The notes below the pieces were generated by a model, which saw only the letters and a list, made by a program, of their open reading frames with translations, made no database searches and was not told the DNA's origin. Position numbers and translations under genes: made by a program. From positions 45,508,001 through 45,572,000 of the forward strand of contig NC_043012.1 of the NCBI RefSeq assembly GCF_006345805.1: a stretch of 64,000 nucleotides of DNA. The letters are read 5' to 3'. Source of the stretch: Octopus sinensis (Eukaryota). Below, in pieces: positions 26,480 through 38,854 of this stretch; position 1 is the first letter of the stretch; each line of letters begins with the position of its first letter.

Positions 26480-28507
26480 CTTTGAGATGACCCGAGGTCT
26501 CTTAGTCTAGCTGTTACAGCCATTAGTGAATTCAGATGATCCAACTCATCTGGCCTCATCACCTTTTCCGGTGATTTTTCTATCTCCATGTCGGCTTAGA
26601 AGGGGCGGTGGTGGTACTGTGGTGCTTTTCCTGAAGGGTCTGGATTTGGAAATAAAGGCAGTCTTCCTGGATCCAGAAGGTAAGTGTTTCTAGATGTGAT
26701 CATCAGTGACGGTGGTGCTTTCTGACTGGTGGCTGCCTATGCTCTGACTTTAGTATTAGTAGGGGATTGGAACGTTGTTTTAGATGGACGTTTCAATTGC
26801 GTGCGGGTATCTGATAGGAGAAGGTGTGCAAAAATCTGAAAATCCTGCTCAGACGTTTTCGATTGTCTGTCAGGTACCGACAAGATTACTCGAATGTGCC
26901 AATGTAGACTTCGACAAAACGCATAGGGTCATGAAGATCGTATCTAGATAGGGTATTTTTGTTGGTCAGCGGACAAGGGTAGCATGGGGTGTCCACAATT
27001 TCACACGGTCGGCTACACAGACCACAAATTTGTGATGTGTACGGCCGACTTAGGCTTCACAGACATAGCCCTGGTTACTGGAAGCTGAACACGTCATTAC
27101 CGGTGTGTCAAGCGTACAGAGACCGGATTAGCAAATTAGTTAAGCGGGCGTTGATGGGGGCAATCGTCAACAGCAACTGGTGGTTTGCTCTTAAAAGGGC
27201 AATTAGAGTAGATTCGATTAGGTTTAGCAAGGCATTAGCGATAGAACGAAATAGAATAGAGGGAGATGTAGTTAGAAAGTTAGATGAAGCGCCTAGGACA
27301 GGCATCGCAACCGACTTGATGGCGGCGAGGCTGGTCCTCGACCAATTTTTCAACGCCAAACACGAAGACCGCGTTGTCAGACCTAAGGCAACTGTTCACT
27401 AAGCTCCATCTGCTATCAACAGCCGCTGAATGTAAGGCTGGGTATGCCGTGGTTACTGATGCTCAAACATGCGCTGAGGTTGCGGCATCTCCAGCGTTTC
27501 CCTGATGGTAAGTCACCGTTTGTCAGAGACACTTTTCCACCGCTCGACTCTTTAACTGAGCTGCAAACCTGGTTTAGGCGCAGACCGAAGAGGGTCGCTT
27601 GGCAAATCGAGTGCTGTGAAGCGCTCACAGCCCCCCGCCAGGCGAGCAATGCGGTCGGTGGTAGTTCCTCTCTAGCGTTCTATAGAGCGCTAGTGGAGGG
27701 AAAGTGCGACGACGTTCTCGGGGTAACTCTGGACGTCGAAGAGGATCAACTAACTGGTCTATTTCGGAGAACTTTCAGGCCTGGGCCAATAGATAACTTC
27801 CAGAAATCCCTTGCCTGGCTACCGAGGGGTGCTTTCTATTCAAAATAAACTTTACAGGCACGGAAGTGCCGTCAGCCGAGACTACTCGAGGTGCACCCAG
27901 AAGGATGAAACCGTTCTGCACGGCCGAGTATTGCTGACCTGTGAGTTCATGCCGAACACCTGCTGTCGCGTGTAGGACGGATCCGGTTATCAGCTGAATC
28001 CATTGTGACGATTGCCCCGCCGCCCTCTTCTGGTCGGCAGGGGTAAGCAATTTTTATTTGTCTATTGGCTGTAGCGAAAGAGGTAGAAAAGGGGGACCCG
28101 TTTGAAAGGGCTAAAGACAGACACTTTCCCCTTTGGCCAAGCTCTCATAAACTTTTTCAAGTTTCATTTGAAAAGGAAATTGAGGGCGGAGAGGGAAGTG
28201 TTGACTTCTAACAAGTTTATTGAAAAATAGGTTAGTGTTGGAAGAATGGCCAGTGTGAAAGGACAAATTCTGAGCGTGCACCTGTAAAAAAAATTATAGG
28301 AGAAGGGCTCTCACTTTGTTGATCATGCACCCGTGGCTTTTGTGGGTTTCTCCATGGGGACCTTAAAGTGCCGCCCCTATTCGGAATTTTTGATTTGTTC
28401 AATTTTAATTATTATATTGTGTACACGCAGAAAACCCATTTTATCGTCCCGTTTTTGTCTTTTATGTTATCCTTTAATGTGGGACATTGTGGCTAATAAA
28501 AGAATGA
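26480..28507 (+). mobile_element. Tx1/L1-like LINE, degenerate, with internal deletions
   Basis: APE endonuclease motifs include AISEFR, GGGGTVVLFLKGLDLEIKAVFLDPEG, LVGDWNVVLD and TDHKFV...PGYWKLNTSL. An RT remnant follows (IDNF...), then the C-terminal LINFFKFHLKRKLRAEREVL shared with the 49795-53030 copy. The 3' end gtggctaataaaagaa is followed by (TTA)n. AC-rich sequence at 26200-26480 may be the ORF1 end. Confidence 0.8.
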
Positions 28508-28591
<84 letters not shown>

Positions 28592-28597
28592 TTTATC

Positions 28598-28666
<69 letters not shown>

Positions 28667-28770
28667 TTTATTTTTATCTTTATTATTATTATTATTATTA
28701 TTATTGTCGTTGTTGTTGTTGTTGTTGTTCTTCTTCTTCTTCTTCTTCTTCTTCTCCTTCTTATTATTAT
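28508..28770. repeat. Compound (TTA)n/(TTG)n/(TTC)n microsatellite
   Basis: Direct inspection. Confidence 0.95.
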
Positions 28771-29479
28771 ATGGGTTACGATAATATAGAAACAAAAAAG
28801 AATGCATAAACATAATATCAATAATGTCAATGAATACAAAAAATATGAGGGTAAAAAAATAATTACGGAACAATCACAAAGAAATACACGGCGAATACTT
28901 TAAACACCCGAATGAGGAAGCAATATCAAAAGGAAACATAAAAGTTTATAAAACAAAGCAAATACTCAATGTTAGATGAAAATATTATACAGTATTTACA
29001 AGACAGAAACAACTACCATGGAAGGAAAAAAAAGGCATGCAGATATTGTAAAAAACAACGGAAATATCGAACATAAAGCAATACAATATGGAAAAAGAGA
29101 GACACGATGAGATAACCAAAATAATCTTTGCGAACCTACTACAGTAATATAACATCAAAAAACCAGAAAATCATAAACAGGCAAATAGAATAGGTAACAG
29201 CAAGTTAAAAGGTTAAGATTTTAGTAGATAGAATCTATACCAAACTGTAGAGAAAACAATAAACCCGATATTACAATATTTGACCACGAAAAAAAAAAGA
29301 AGAAACAATAATAATCGAAACTGGAATAACATCGTCGAAAAAAAACTGAACGAAGTCGAAATGACAAAATACAAAAGTACAACAGACTTGCTAAAGAAAT
29401 TAAACAGATAAATAGATATAAGGTTGAAATAATACTATTTATAATGACTTGACGGGATGGTCTCAAACAGGAAAAAGAA

Positions 29480-29770
29480 AGACGAACTGTACATGTGCTG
29501 CAATAGGGACAGTGCTCAAGATGGGAGGAATATATGGTCAGTCGCAAAGTCACATGGAAATAACTTTGGGTTTGGGAACAAGCAAGAACATCCTTTGTGA
29601 TGAAGTCTACCTTCGACGTTTTGCCGTCACCGGCCAACTTAGTCCGTTGGAGCATACAAACGGCTGACGAATGTAAATGCGAAGAGAAAGCGACTATGAG
29701 ACATGTCCTGTCAATCTGCAGGCTGTACTGGACAGATATACATGGCGTTACAACCAAATCTCTGGTTTTA
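29480..29770 (+). mobile_element. HERO-like (RLE-type) non-LTR retrotransposon remnant
   Basis: One continuous frame reads KVTWK*LWVWEQARTSFVMKSTFDVLPSPANLVRWSIQTADECKCEEKATMRHVLSIC, then DRYTWRYNQI after a frameshift. This matches the DxLPxPxNLxRW / CCHC / RYTWRH signature of HERO-clade elements. Confidence 0.7.
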
Positions 29771-30223
29771 TAAGCAAAACACTCAGGGAGAAGATCGAGG
29801 AATACAATAGGGGAGACTACCCGAAAATGAAACAGCGCGGAAGGATATAATTCCAGAAGGAGGGAAAAGGAAATAAGACCAGGCCTAGAAAAGTAAAGTA
29901 TACGAGACGGATGCGCACGAGCATTCAACTGTCAAGCTGGCAGTCTATTGGCGTATCTAGTTGTACGCACGCACCTCGTACAAAAAAAATCTGTTTTAGC
30001 GATTTTGAATGGATACGCCCATAACTTATGGGCATAAGGGTTCGGTTTATCGATATTTTTAATGGCTTTCTGGGGTGACTGGAGAAATGAAAAGATCCTC
30101 ACGACCACTGTCAGACAGGTTTGAAAGCCCATAGAAAATGCGATCCTTTTACGTGAAAAACTGTAGATTTTTTATAAAGGACACACAGACATACATACAC
30201 ACAGATACACATACATTTTGCAA

Positions 30224-30281
<58 letters not shown>

Positions 30282-30979
30282 GTATTCCCTTCCCTGAGCG
30301 TCTGCTAATACTTTGCATGTATCCCGTCCTCGCATTGTTGTTTCTTTCTTATGTTTGCTCTTGTTTTGGGGATTTACTATATGTGTGTGTGCGTGTGTGT
30401 ATGTGTGTTTGTGTGCGTGTGTGTGTTTGTGTGGACATTTATTCTTTGTACTTACTTCAATGGATAGAATGCAGTCATGCCGATGCACTGATCCCTGGCA
30501 ACTATTTCAGGCATAGCAATTAATCTATAGAGATATTTTTGCTGCAGAGGTAAGTTGTAGCGACTTAAACTCAACAAACCCGTTGTCAAGCGGTCATAAC
30601 CTAACATAACGAGCTTCATACATATACATGCAGAAATATATACGTACATATATACATATGCCAAGAGGTATAAATTGGTACAAAAAAATCTCTATATATA
30701 TATATGAAGTGTTGGAGGTGTTCGTAGGCGTACATATTTGTGAGTATACGGGTGAATGGCGTAGTGAGTGTAGTTAGTAGAAATATAAAGAGAGGAAAAT
30801 ATCTTAGGTAGTAAGTAAAAATGCGGAGAGAAAGCTAATTGACGATCAGGGATTTAAAAGAGGAGAAAAAATTGTTGGTTTAATACAAAGCGGTAGTGAG
30901 GATCAATGAGTGGGAAAATACATTTGAGAGTTAGTGGGGAAAAGAGCGGGGTTGGGTTGTAATAATTAGTATTTTGAGA

Positions 30980-32560
30980 ATAGGTTTAGTGCCCGATGTT
31001 TGCAGATGAATATCAAACTGCTGAGTTCAATGAGACAGACCGTGGATTGCAAAATAACCATGACGTAGGCTATGCATAGTTCACACTTGTTTCTTTATCC
31101 TCTGTAAGGTTTGGCGTGGATGACAATAGACCATTTGAGAGTGAAAGGAGTTGAACCAAGCGTTAGTTTGCTGATAAGTTGAGATAACGTTATACTGTTA
31201 GATTATGTTTGGGATTTGAAGCTAGAGTAGTGATTGCTCACGCTAGCTTTGAAGGTGGTGCTACATGAGCCGATGTAAATGTAATTACAGTTGTTAGTTG
31301 ATACTGTGCACTTATGAACTATGTTTTTGGTGAGACAGCCGCTATCTAGAGGAAAGGATCTTGGGTGTTTGAAGCTTCATAGGTTTGTAGGGGATTTACC
31401 GCATGAGATTGTGAAGGGATTGTTATATAGTGAGGAATCGGTGTTCGGTTCGTGGTGCTAAGGTTATTATTTGATAAGGAGTTGAAGGTGGTGGTGTTGG
31501 ATTGTATGGTAATTATTATTGGGTTGTAATTATTGTGTCCGGTGCTATGCTCGGGGATGTTCTCTATCATGACAGGAGGTATATTTGGGTGTTGTGGTAC
31601 ATTTAAGTGTTGAGTGTTAGCATTGACATTATATTTGTAGTTACGAGGGTTAGTTTTATTAAGGGGATCAATTGATGCTTTGGATTTATATGTGTGTACC
31701 TGAGGGTTTTGTTGAATTAATTTACTGAGCTGGGAGTTAGCCTTTGGTGGATTTCAGAGTTTCTTGTTATTAAGATTTCGGATAACTCCGGCAATGGTGG
31801 TGGTGGTGGTGGTGGAGCAGGACAATTTTATAGATTGCGGGTGGTTAAATAGTTTTCTAAGGAGATTAGATTTAGGGAGATGTTTTTCGAATAGGGCGAA
31901 GAAGCGTTTGGTTACTCGAGTCTGGACGTTAAGAGCAATGGGGTGGGGATAGATAACGTCTCGGGTTCTAGTTCATTTAATCCGATTATGGTGCATACGG
32001 TTTTGGTTGCGTGTGTGTTGGTGTCTATTCTGGTGGGTTGTAGTGTATGTAGTATTAGAAGTTATCTGGTGGGCAGTTCGTTTGTTAGATCGTTTTCTAC
32101 TCCAATATTTGGGTGAGTAGTGGCGGGGTAGGGTGTTTACGTTTATAATACGGGAGTTTATAATATAGGCGGCGAGCTGGCAGAAACGTTAACACGCCGG
32201 GCGAAATGCGTAGCCGTATTTCGTCTGTCGTTACGTTCTGAGTTCAAATTCCGCCGAGGTCGACTTTGCCTTTCATCCTTTCGGGGTCGATAAATTAAGT
32301 ACCAGTTACGCACTGGGGTCGATGTAATCAACTTAATCCGTTTGTCTGTCCTTGTTTGTCCTCTCTATGATTAGCCCCTTGTGGGTAGTAAAGAAATATA
32401 TAATATGGGAGTTGGAAACTGCTTTTAGCTCTGGGTTTAGTTGAGAGAAGAATGTCCTACATGTGTATGTATTCAATTGAGTATTTATATCCGGCACGTT
32501 GTAGGGCATAATTGTAGTATTCAGCATATTGATCGAATAAATCTTGATTAGTAGATAATG
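30980..32560 (-). mobile_element. Penelope-like element remnant (post-RT region and GIY-YIG), interrupted by a SINE
   Basis: The minus strand gives LSTNQDLFDQYAEYYNYALQRAGY (~32560-32450), LNVQTRVTKRFFALFEKHLPKSNLLRKLFN...IKLSC (~31945-31825), and PLDSGCLTKNIVHKCTV...YIYIGSCSTTFK...LKWSIV..AKPY...CELCIA...CKHR (~31355-30995). Confidence 0.8.
32168..32398 (+). mobile_element. Full-length tRNA-derived SINE (family A) with probable 15-bp TSD
   Basis: It has an A-box-like tggcagaaacg, a B-box-like gagttcaaattcc, the core and the tail. Flanking direct repeats tataata(c/t)gggagtt lie at 32144-32158 and 32399-32413. Confidence 0.92.
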
Positions 32561-33142
32561 TCCTACCGGATCTCCTCATTTTCTGCTAGTCAAGATTTAA
32601 TCAATCAGTATAGAAAACTCGCGACTACAAACAGCCACTAGCCATGCTTCAATTCCCTTCCCTATCTTGCTTCATTCATACGCACTTTCTTTCTCCCCCG
32701 CGACCAAAGTTATTTCCCCACTTCCTCCCCTCCAATTATACTTCTCTTCAAATGCCAATCCCACTATTAAATTCTGTGATTAAGCTAAACTACTATATTA
32801 TCTACTACTGACCTGCCCAATTCCACTTTCCTCTCACACCCCTAAATTTTCTTTTATTTTATTTATTTATGTATTTATTCATGTATTTATTTATCCTCCC
32901 CTTCTAATACTTATTCCTCCCTACATTTACATACTCTTCACACACTGTGCCCTCCACACATTCTGGGTGAATCCTCTTTGCGCAAACATGCATCTCCTTG
33001 CGACAATGTAGCCTTTAATCTAATCAAGATATCCTTGGACTGAAGAGTAGCCGGCGGTATACACCACACTTGAATTTTACCAGTTCTGCGGTTACACTCG
33101 CTATGAAACATATATAGCCCGGGATTTTCCAACTCCATTCCA

Positions 33143-33151
33143 TAAAACTTA

Positions 33152-33245
<94 letters not shown>

Positions 33246-33343
33246 GCTAGCTAGCTAGCCATCTGTCTGTCTGCCTGTCTATCTATGTCTGTCTGTCCCT
33301 CGCGCTCTCTCTCGCTCTCTCTATATCTATATATATATATATG

Positions 33344-33394
<51 letters not shown>

Positions 33395-33441
33395 AGATAT
33401 GTATATATGTATATATATACATATATATATATATATATGTA

Positions 33442-33513
<72 letters not shown>

Positions 33514-33535
33514 ATATGTATATATATTGTATATA

Positions 33536-33612
<77 letters not shown>
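33143..33612. repeat. (TCTA)n then (TA)n compound microsatellite
   Basis: Direct inspection. Confidence 0.95.
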
Positions 33613-33870
33613 GTCAGATATCTCCCATTCTGTCTACCTCAGGTTACAAGAGTTCGCGCAAATAGAATTGTTAAGTACGTTCATTAACCTCCGGATATCG
33701 TCTGTAATTTCGCTTTTACGGAAACTCCGACAAATTCTCTCTCAAGGAGTGGATTAATCGTAATAAATGAAGAACTTAACTTCTATGGCATTTGGTAGGC
33801 CTGTACATGTTGATGTTGTTCATATGAAAGCCATTCGCTATGCTGTGTCATTTTTCTTGGCTAATTATTG

Positions 33871-33919
<49 letters not shown>

Positions 33920-34678
33920 AATTTTCTTGTCTAAAATTCCTACGATGTTATCGATAAGTGTCTATTTAAGGGTTTTGTATTTCCTGCCGTATAGCTACAA
34001 TTCAAATGCGTATACTCTTCATTCACTAAACAGTACTTACCTCAGTCTTCAAATTTTAAACTGCATAAAATGAAGTATTGCTCTTTCTTTTATTTTGTGG
34101 GGATAACTAAAGGAATTGTAAAATCTAAAATTACAGCGGTGGTCTATGAAATTAACTGCAAAAGATGTCACGATATCATCCAACAAATTGTACAGGTGTA
34201 CATTAAACATCTAAATGAAAAGAGACTTCCTCAATGCGATGAAATGTGAGTCCTATCTACTCGATGATACCGACATCACAGAGGAAAACAAGATCGACTT
34301 CAGAATTTGTAAATGTCTCCAATGAACAAAGCACTGAATTTGATTTCCCAATATGATGGAAAGTGCAAGATTTAGAAAAATCAAATTGCTAGTCATATTT
34401 CGCAATTATTGATTAAAATGTAAAAAAAAAACCTCCAATCACATCAATATTTCTTCAGACGATGCCCAAAATACGTTGGGAAATGATATCCCCCTGTGCA
34501 GTAGACACCTATGTAAAGATATCTCCAATAACTACGAGAAAACCAACTCTCTGGCAATTCCATAACATTGAAATGGATGGAAAGGAAATATAGCTACGAA
34601 TCGAAACACGGTCGGCTTAGTAGGATATACGCTTGTGTAGTATATTTGTGCAAATGTCTTCACATGTATATGTGTGTG

Positions 34679-34720
<42 letters not shown>

Positions 34721-36936
34721 TGTGTGTGTGTGTGAGTGTGTGTGTATGCGTGCGTATATGTTTGTGTGATAATATATTTGCTTGTATGTGTTTGTAGCGG
34801 GTGTTGTGTGAGTGTATGAATGTGCGCGCGCGTATGTGTGTGTGTGCGTGCGTGTGTGTGTAAATGTATGAATAGATTTGTGTTCCAGAATGGAGTGTTT
34901 GTATGTCTATGTACATTTGCCTGTCTATGAGGGATGGGAAAGCACACAAGGAAATGGCTTATTATGATGGACAGGAATTATCTCCTAGCACAAATGATAA
35001 AACATTAGTGATAATAACAATGTGTGATATTACATTTTGTGAAGATCAAACGTTTCCATTGTTATTCGTTGTTGAATTCCACGACATTATGGTAATTATT
35101 TAACTTTCAAAATAAAAATATCATTATGATTTATGTAGGCTGTCGAAAGTATACATCACAGTTGTGATTCTGTTCAAATATGTGTTAAGGTTTGCGTTAT
35201 CAATAGAAGTCTTTCACGAATTTAAAACTGACGTCAGCCTTTTGTTAGGCATTGTAGATGTTTAACATAATCTATTCAATTTTCACTCTTATGATTCCAA
35301 TGAAATTCTAAGGCAATCATCCTTTTTATACAAGTGAGAAGAATCGGGGTCAAAAAACTTGAAATGTAGAGCAGGACCACCAGCTCGTATAATATTCTAT
35401 GTGAGATACTACTTTCTTGAATCTAAGGAATGATGTATCTATTACATTAGAACTGATTGTGAGCCTAACACCACCTACAAGCAATTTAACTACGTGAAGG
35501 AGTTTCAGGCAATTGAAAAATTATCTGAATGTGCATTTGAAGAGAAGTTGAAGGTTTAAAACATGAAAGATAATGACAGTAGAAGTGAAATGTGAAATGG
35601 TTTGACATCGTTAGTTGTGTTTTAACAAGTCTAACGATTCAGAGCAGAACGATTTCTCGCAATAGTAGAAGGCGTACAAATAGAGGCAGCAGTTACAACT
35701 CGAAGTGATAATATTATGTTAAGTTTATCATTCACTTGGATGGTGTTTCTTTAAAATGTTCTTTACAGCAGTTTTGAAGTTATCAGTTTCTTCAGCTCAG
35801 ATATATAAGAAACAGATTACTGTGACGCATAATCGTACCACAGGGAGGGTTGTAGCAGCTGCTCACATCTAATATGACGTGTGAGTTCGCGGGTGAGTTT
35901 TTGTGTTCCTATATTTGTAAATAGCATATCGAACTTTTTAGACATGCAACCTTGCTTGGATTATTTCAACTTCTGTTTTATACGTCATATTAATGAATAC
36001 TAAGATCTATAGTGGAAGCCATTTATGGATTCATTTTTTACCAGTAGGAAATTGCAATAGGTTAAAGCGGAAATTGAAAATAGATGATAGAATCAAACAA
36101 CCTAGTATACTATAGATCTATGGTTTTCTAGAATATTCAGTGGTGTAAATGATGTGAACTACGCAAAATTCAGAACAAATATCTATTCGCAGATTCGGTT
36201 CTCTTAGAAATAATTTCCCGCAAAATGACACACTTTATTATGAGTTACTTTAATGAAACATTAAAACTTTTTGACGTAGAAGAATTGTTTATTTTTATTT
36301 TTTTCGCGAAAAACCTTGTTATTTTTAATGTGTCCGATATTTCAGACGTATCTATTCAGAAGATAATATTTTAAATGATGAATACATGTACTTTAGAATA
36401 AAGGATACAGTCAATAACATCTTTTATACAGTTAGAAATTTATCAGATATTAAAACATTCCGATACCATTTTAATCTAATACTTTCATTTAATTGCTTTC
36501 AACTTTATAAATGTACACACTCAGTAATTTCTTAATCGATAGTCTGGTGAGTTAGAACATAGTTATTCAATCAGTCGTGACTTCTGTTTCAATCTGAAGA
36601 ATGAACTGCATCAGTGATTACAATCGCATCATAAAATGTTGTAGCACTCTACTGAAGCACTCAAGTGCTACTATCACACAGCTTCACATTTTTATAGGAT
36701 AACTTTTCATAAATGAAATAGCCACCAGCGAATTGTAGTTATATTCTTGCTTCGATTTTATACGAAATATTCATACAAAAAATATTAGTGCATTAGTATA
36801 TAATAGTTATTATTAGTAGTGCGCTTATATAGTTAGAATAAAAATTATCACAATAAATCATTGAAAAACATCATGAGTTATCCTATAATAATCCATGATG
36901 TTCGTTGACATATATCAATAAAACCTAATTAAAAAA

Positions 36937-37240
36937 GAGCAGTTGTATACTGTCAACGTAACGTGACAGTCCCATAAAGGGAATCACACCACCGCTATTT
37001 AGTCCTAGGAAGCATCAACGCTTCCTGTCGGCCTTGACACATTTTCTGTGTCCTTATGTTTACAAGGGGGAGCCAAGAACGAATCATCAACGCTTTCTGA
37101 TGGCCTTGACACATTTTCTGTGTACTTATGTTTACAAGGGGGTGCCAAGCACCCCGGATGGGTTGCTTCCTAGGGCTAATAGCGGTGGTGTGATTCCTTT
37201 TATGGGACTCTCAAGATAAGTTGACAGTATACAACTGCTC
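36937..37240. mobile_element. ~300-bp MITE-like element with ~75-bp TIRs and two internal tandem repeats
   Basis: The left end gagcagttgtatactgtcaac...gtcccataaagggaatcacaccaccgctatttagtcctaggaagca is the reverse complement of the right end tgcttcctagggctaatagcggtggtgtgattccttttatgggac...gttgacagtatacaactgctc. Internal 67-bp direct repeats lie at 37013-37079 and 37085-37151. Confidence 0.85.
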
Positions 37241-37940
37241 TATCCCACCACCACTGCTTATATCTCTCTGAGATATTTAGAAATGTAATATTTCTAATTC
37301 CTAATTAAATAATATTTCAATAAATTAAATTTTCTCCGCTTACCAAAAGCAATGTGCTGACGCTCACATTACTATTTAGTTTTCATGCAGCTGGTGTACA
37401 TACGTATTTTCTGTTAGTCACTCAAGTTACACTCGCGGACTTGCTAAATAACCATGCCCCTCGACTTTTCAATATACAAGAAGTTTGGATAGACCACATT
37501 GACGTTTTTTAATGATAATGAAAATATGTGGGAGGGGAATATAATACCCGTAATTATATAGGGCTCCTTAAAAGAGATCTAATGATCCTACATTAATTAT
37601 ATGTTCTTTAAAATAAAATATGTAGCAGAATCACTGATTCAGTCATTAGAAACTTATATTTCGCTTATCACAGAACCGAGAAACTTTTGAAAATGATTTT
37701 GCCATTTATACTTCACCAAGAGGCATTTTTGCTTCAAACCATATTTTAAAGATTTCCTTGCTGCATAATAATAATATTAATGAATTTGTTTTAGAATTAA
37801 TTGTGAAGACATATTATGTCTTTCAGTTACACAAAATTAAAAATTAATAAATATAATTTACTGCAAATTATCAATGGTGACTTGATGTTTTGTGTTTCCT
37901 AATACAGAGCTTTTAACGTAATATCTAAACAATTTATTAT

Positions 37941-38201
37941 TCTAAATCTGAAAGCTCTGCAAGAATGTCACAATACTCATAATTCTCTTCATTTACATTT
38001 TGAGGTTTTCTAAGAAGTACCTGTTAGTAAATATCATACAATGAATTTATCAAAAAGGATAAAATACAACCATAAATATGTTAAAAATATAAAATATCTA
38101 AGCATACAAAAATCTTTTCTAAAAATAAAGCGAGATTCTATAGTTCAACCAAGAATTATCAAAGTCGAGAGCTTTTACAAATCCTTCTACTCAATAAACT
38201 T
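37941..38201 (+). repeat. 261-bp direct repeat, copy 1 (copy 2 at 40325-40585)
   Basis: tctaaatctgaaagctctgc...caaatccttctactcaat(a/g)aactt occurs at both sites with scattered substitutions. Confidence 0.9.
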
Positions 38202-38484
38202 GTTTAACATTTAGAATATGTTCTATTTCGTCTGAACTTTTAAAACGTGTTTTTGCTTAAGTACATACAATAAATTTTCATTTTTTATTGCGCAACCTAA
38301 AATCAATCTTTATATTTCTTGAGAATTCATTTTATGAATAACTAAACAATGCACACAGTCTTTGTTTTAATAGAAAATAGGAATTATAACAGGCATGATA
38401 TAAATGCTTTGAAAAACTAAGGTTTAAATATTAAGTTTGAACAAGTTATAGTGTCATTTCTCCGTTTCTCTCCTCATTCCCTTT

Positions 38485-38645
38485 CTATATGGCTGGGTGG
38501 AAAGAAGTTTGCTTCCCAAACTCATGGTTTCTAACTACGTGGTTGGGGATATTTAGATCCGACGTGTGAACCTTCGGCAAATGTCTTCGGGATATAGTAA
38601 AGCCAAAGGTTTGTGAGTGGATCTGGCAGAATCCTGCCGTATATA
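38485..38645 (+). mobile_element. Degenerate SINE head (family B)
   Basis: tggctgggtggaaagaagtttgcttcccaaac...ttgtgagtggatctggcaga, followed by (TA)n; homologous to the 21020 copy. Confidence 0.6.
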
Positions 38646-38702
38646 TATGTATATATATATATTATATATATATATATATATTATATATATATATATATAT
38701 AT

Positions 38703-38735
<33 letters not shown>

Positions 38736-38759
38736 ATATATATATATATACATACATAC

Positions 38760-38854
<95 letters not shown>

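Noticed and set aside
26280-26500. Possible Dong 3'-end remnant (YTPG...RK)
   Set aside because: The adjacent sequence reads into the Tx1 endonuclease start (DDPRSLSLAVTAISE), so this AC-rich stretch is better explained as the Tx1 ORF1 end.
29901-29980. 80-bp mini-mariner with TA-CGAG termini
   Set aside because: Only 13 of 18 terminal bases match as inverted repeats; too weak without copy-number data.
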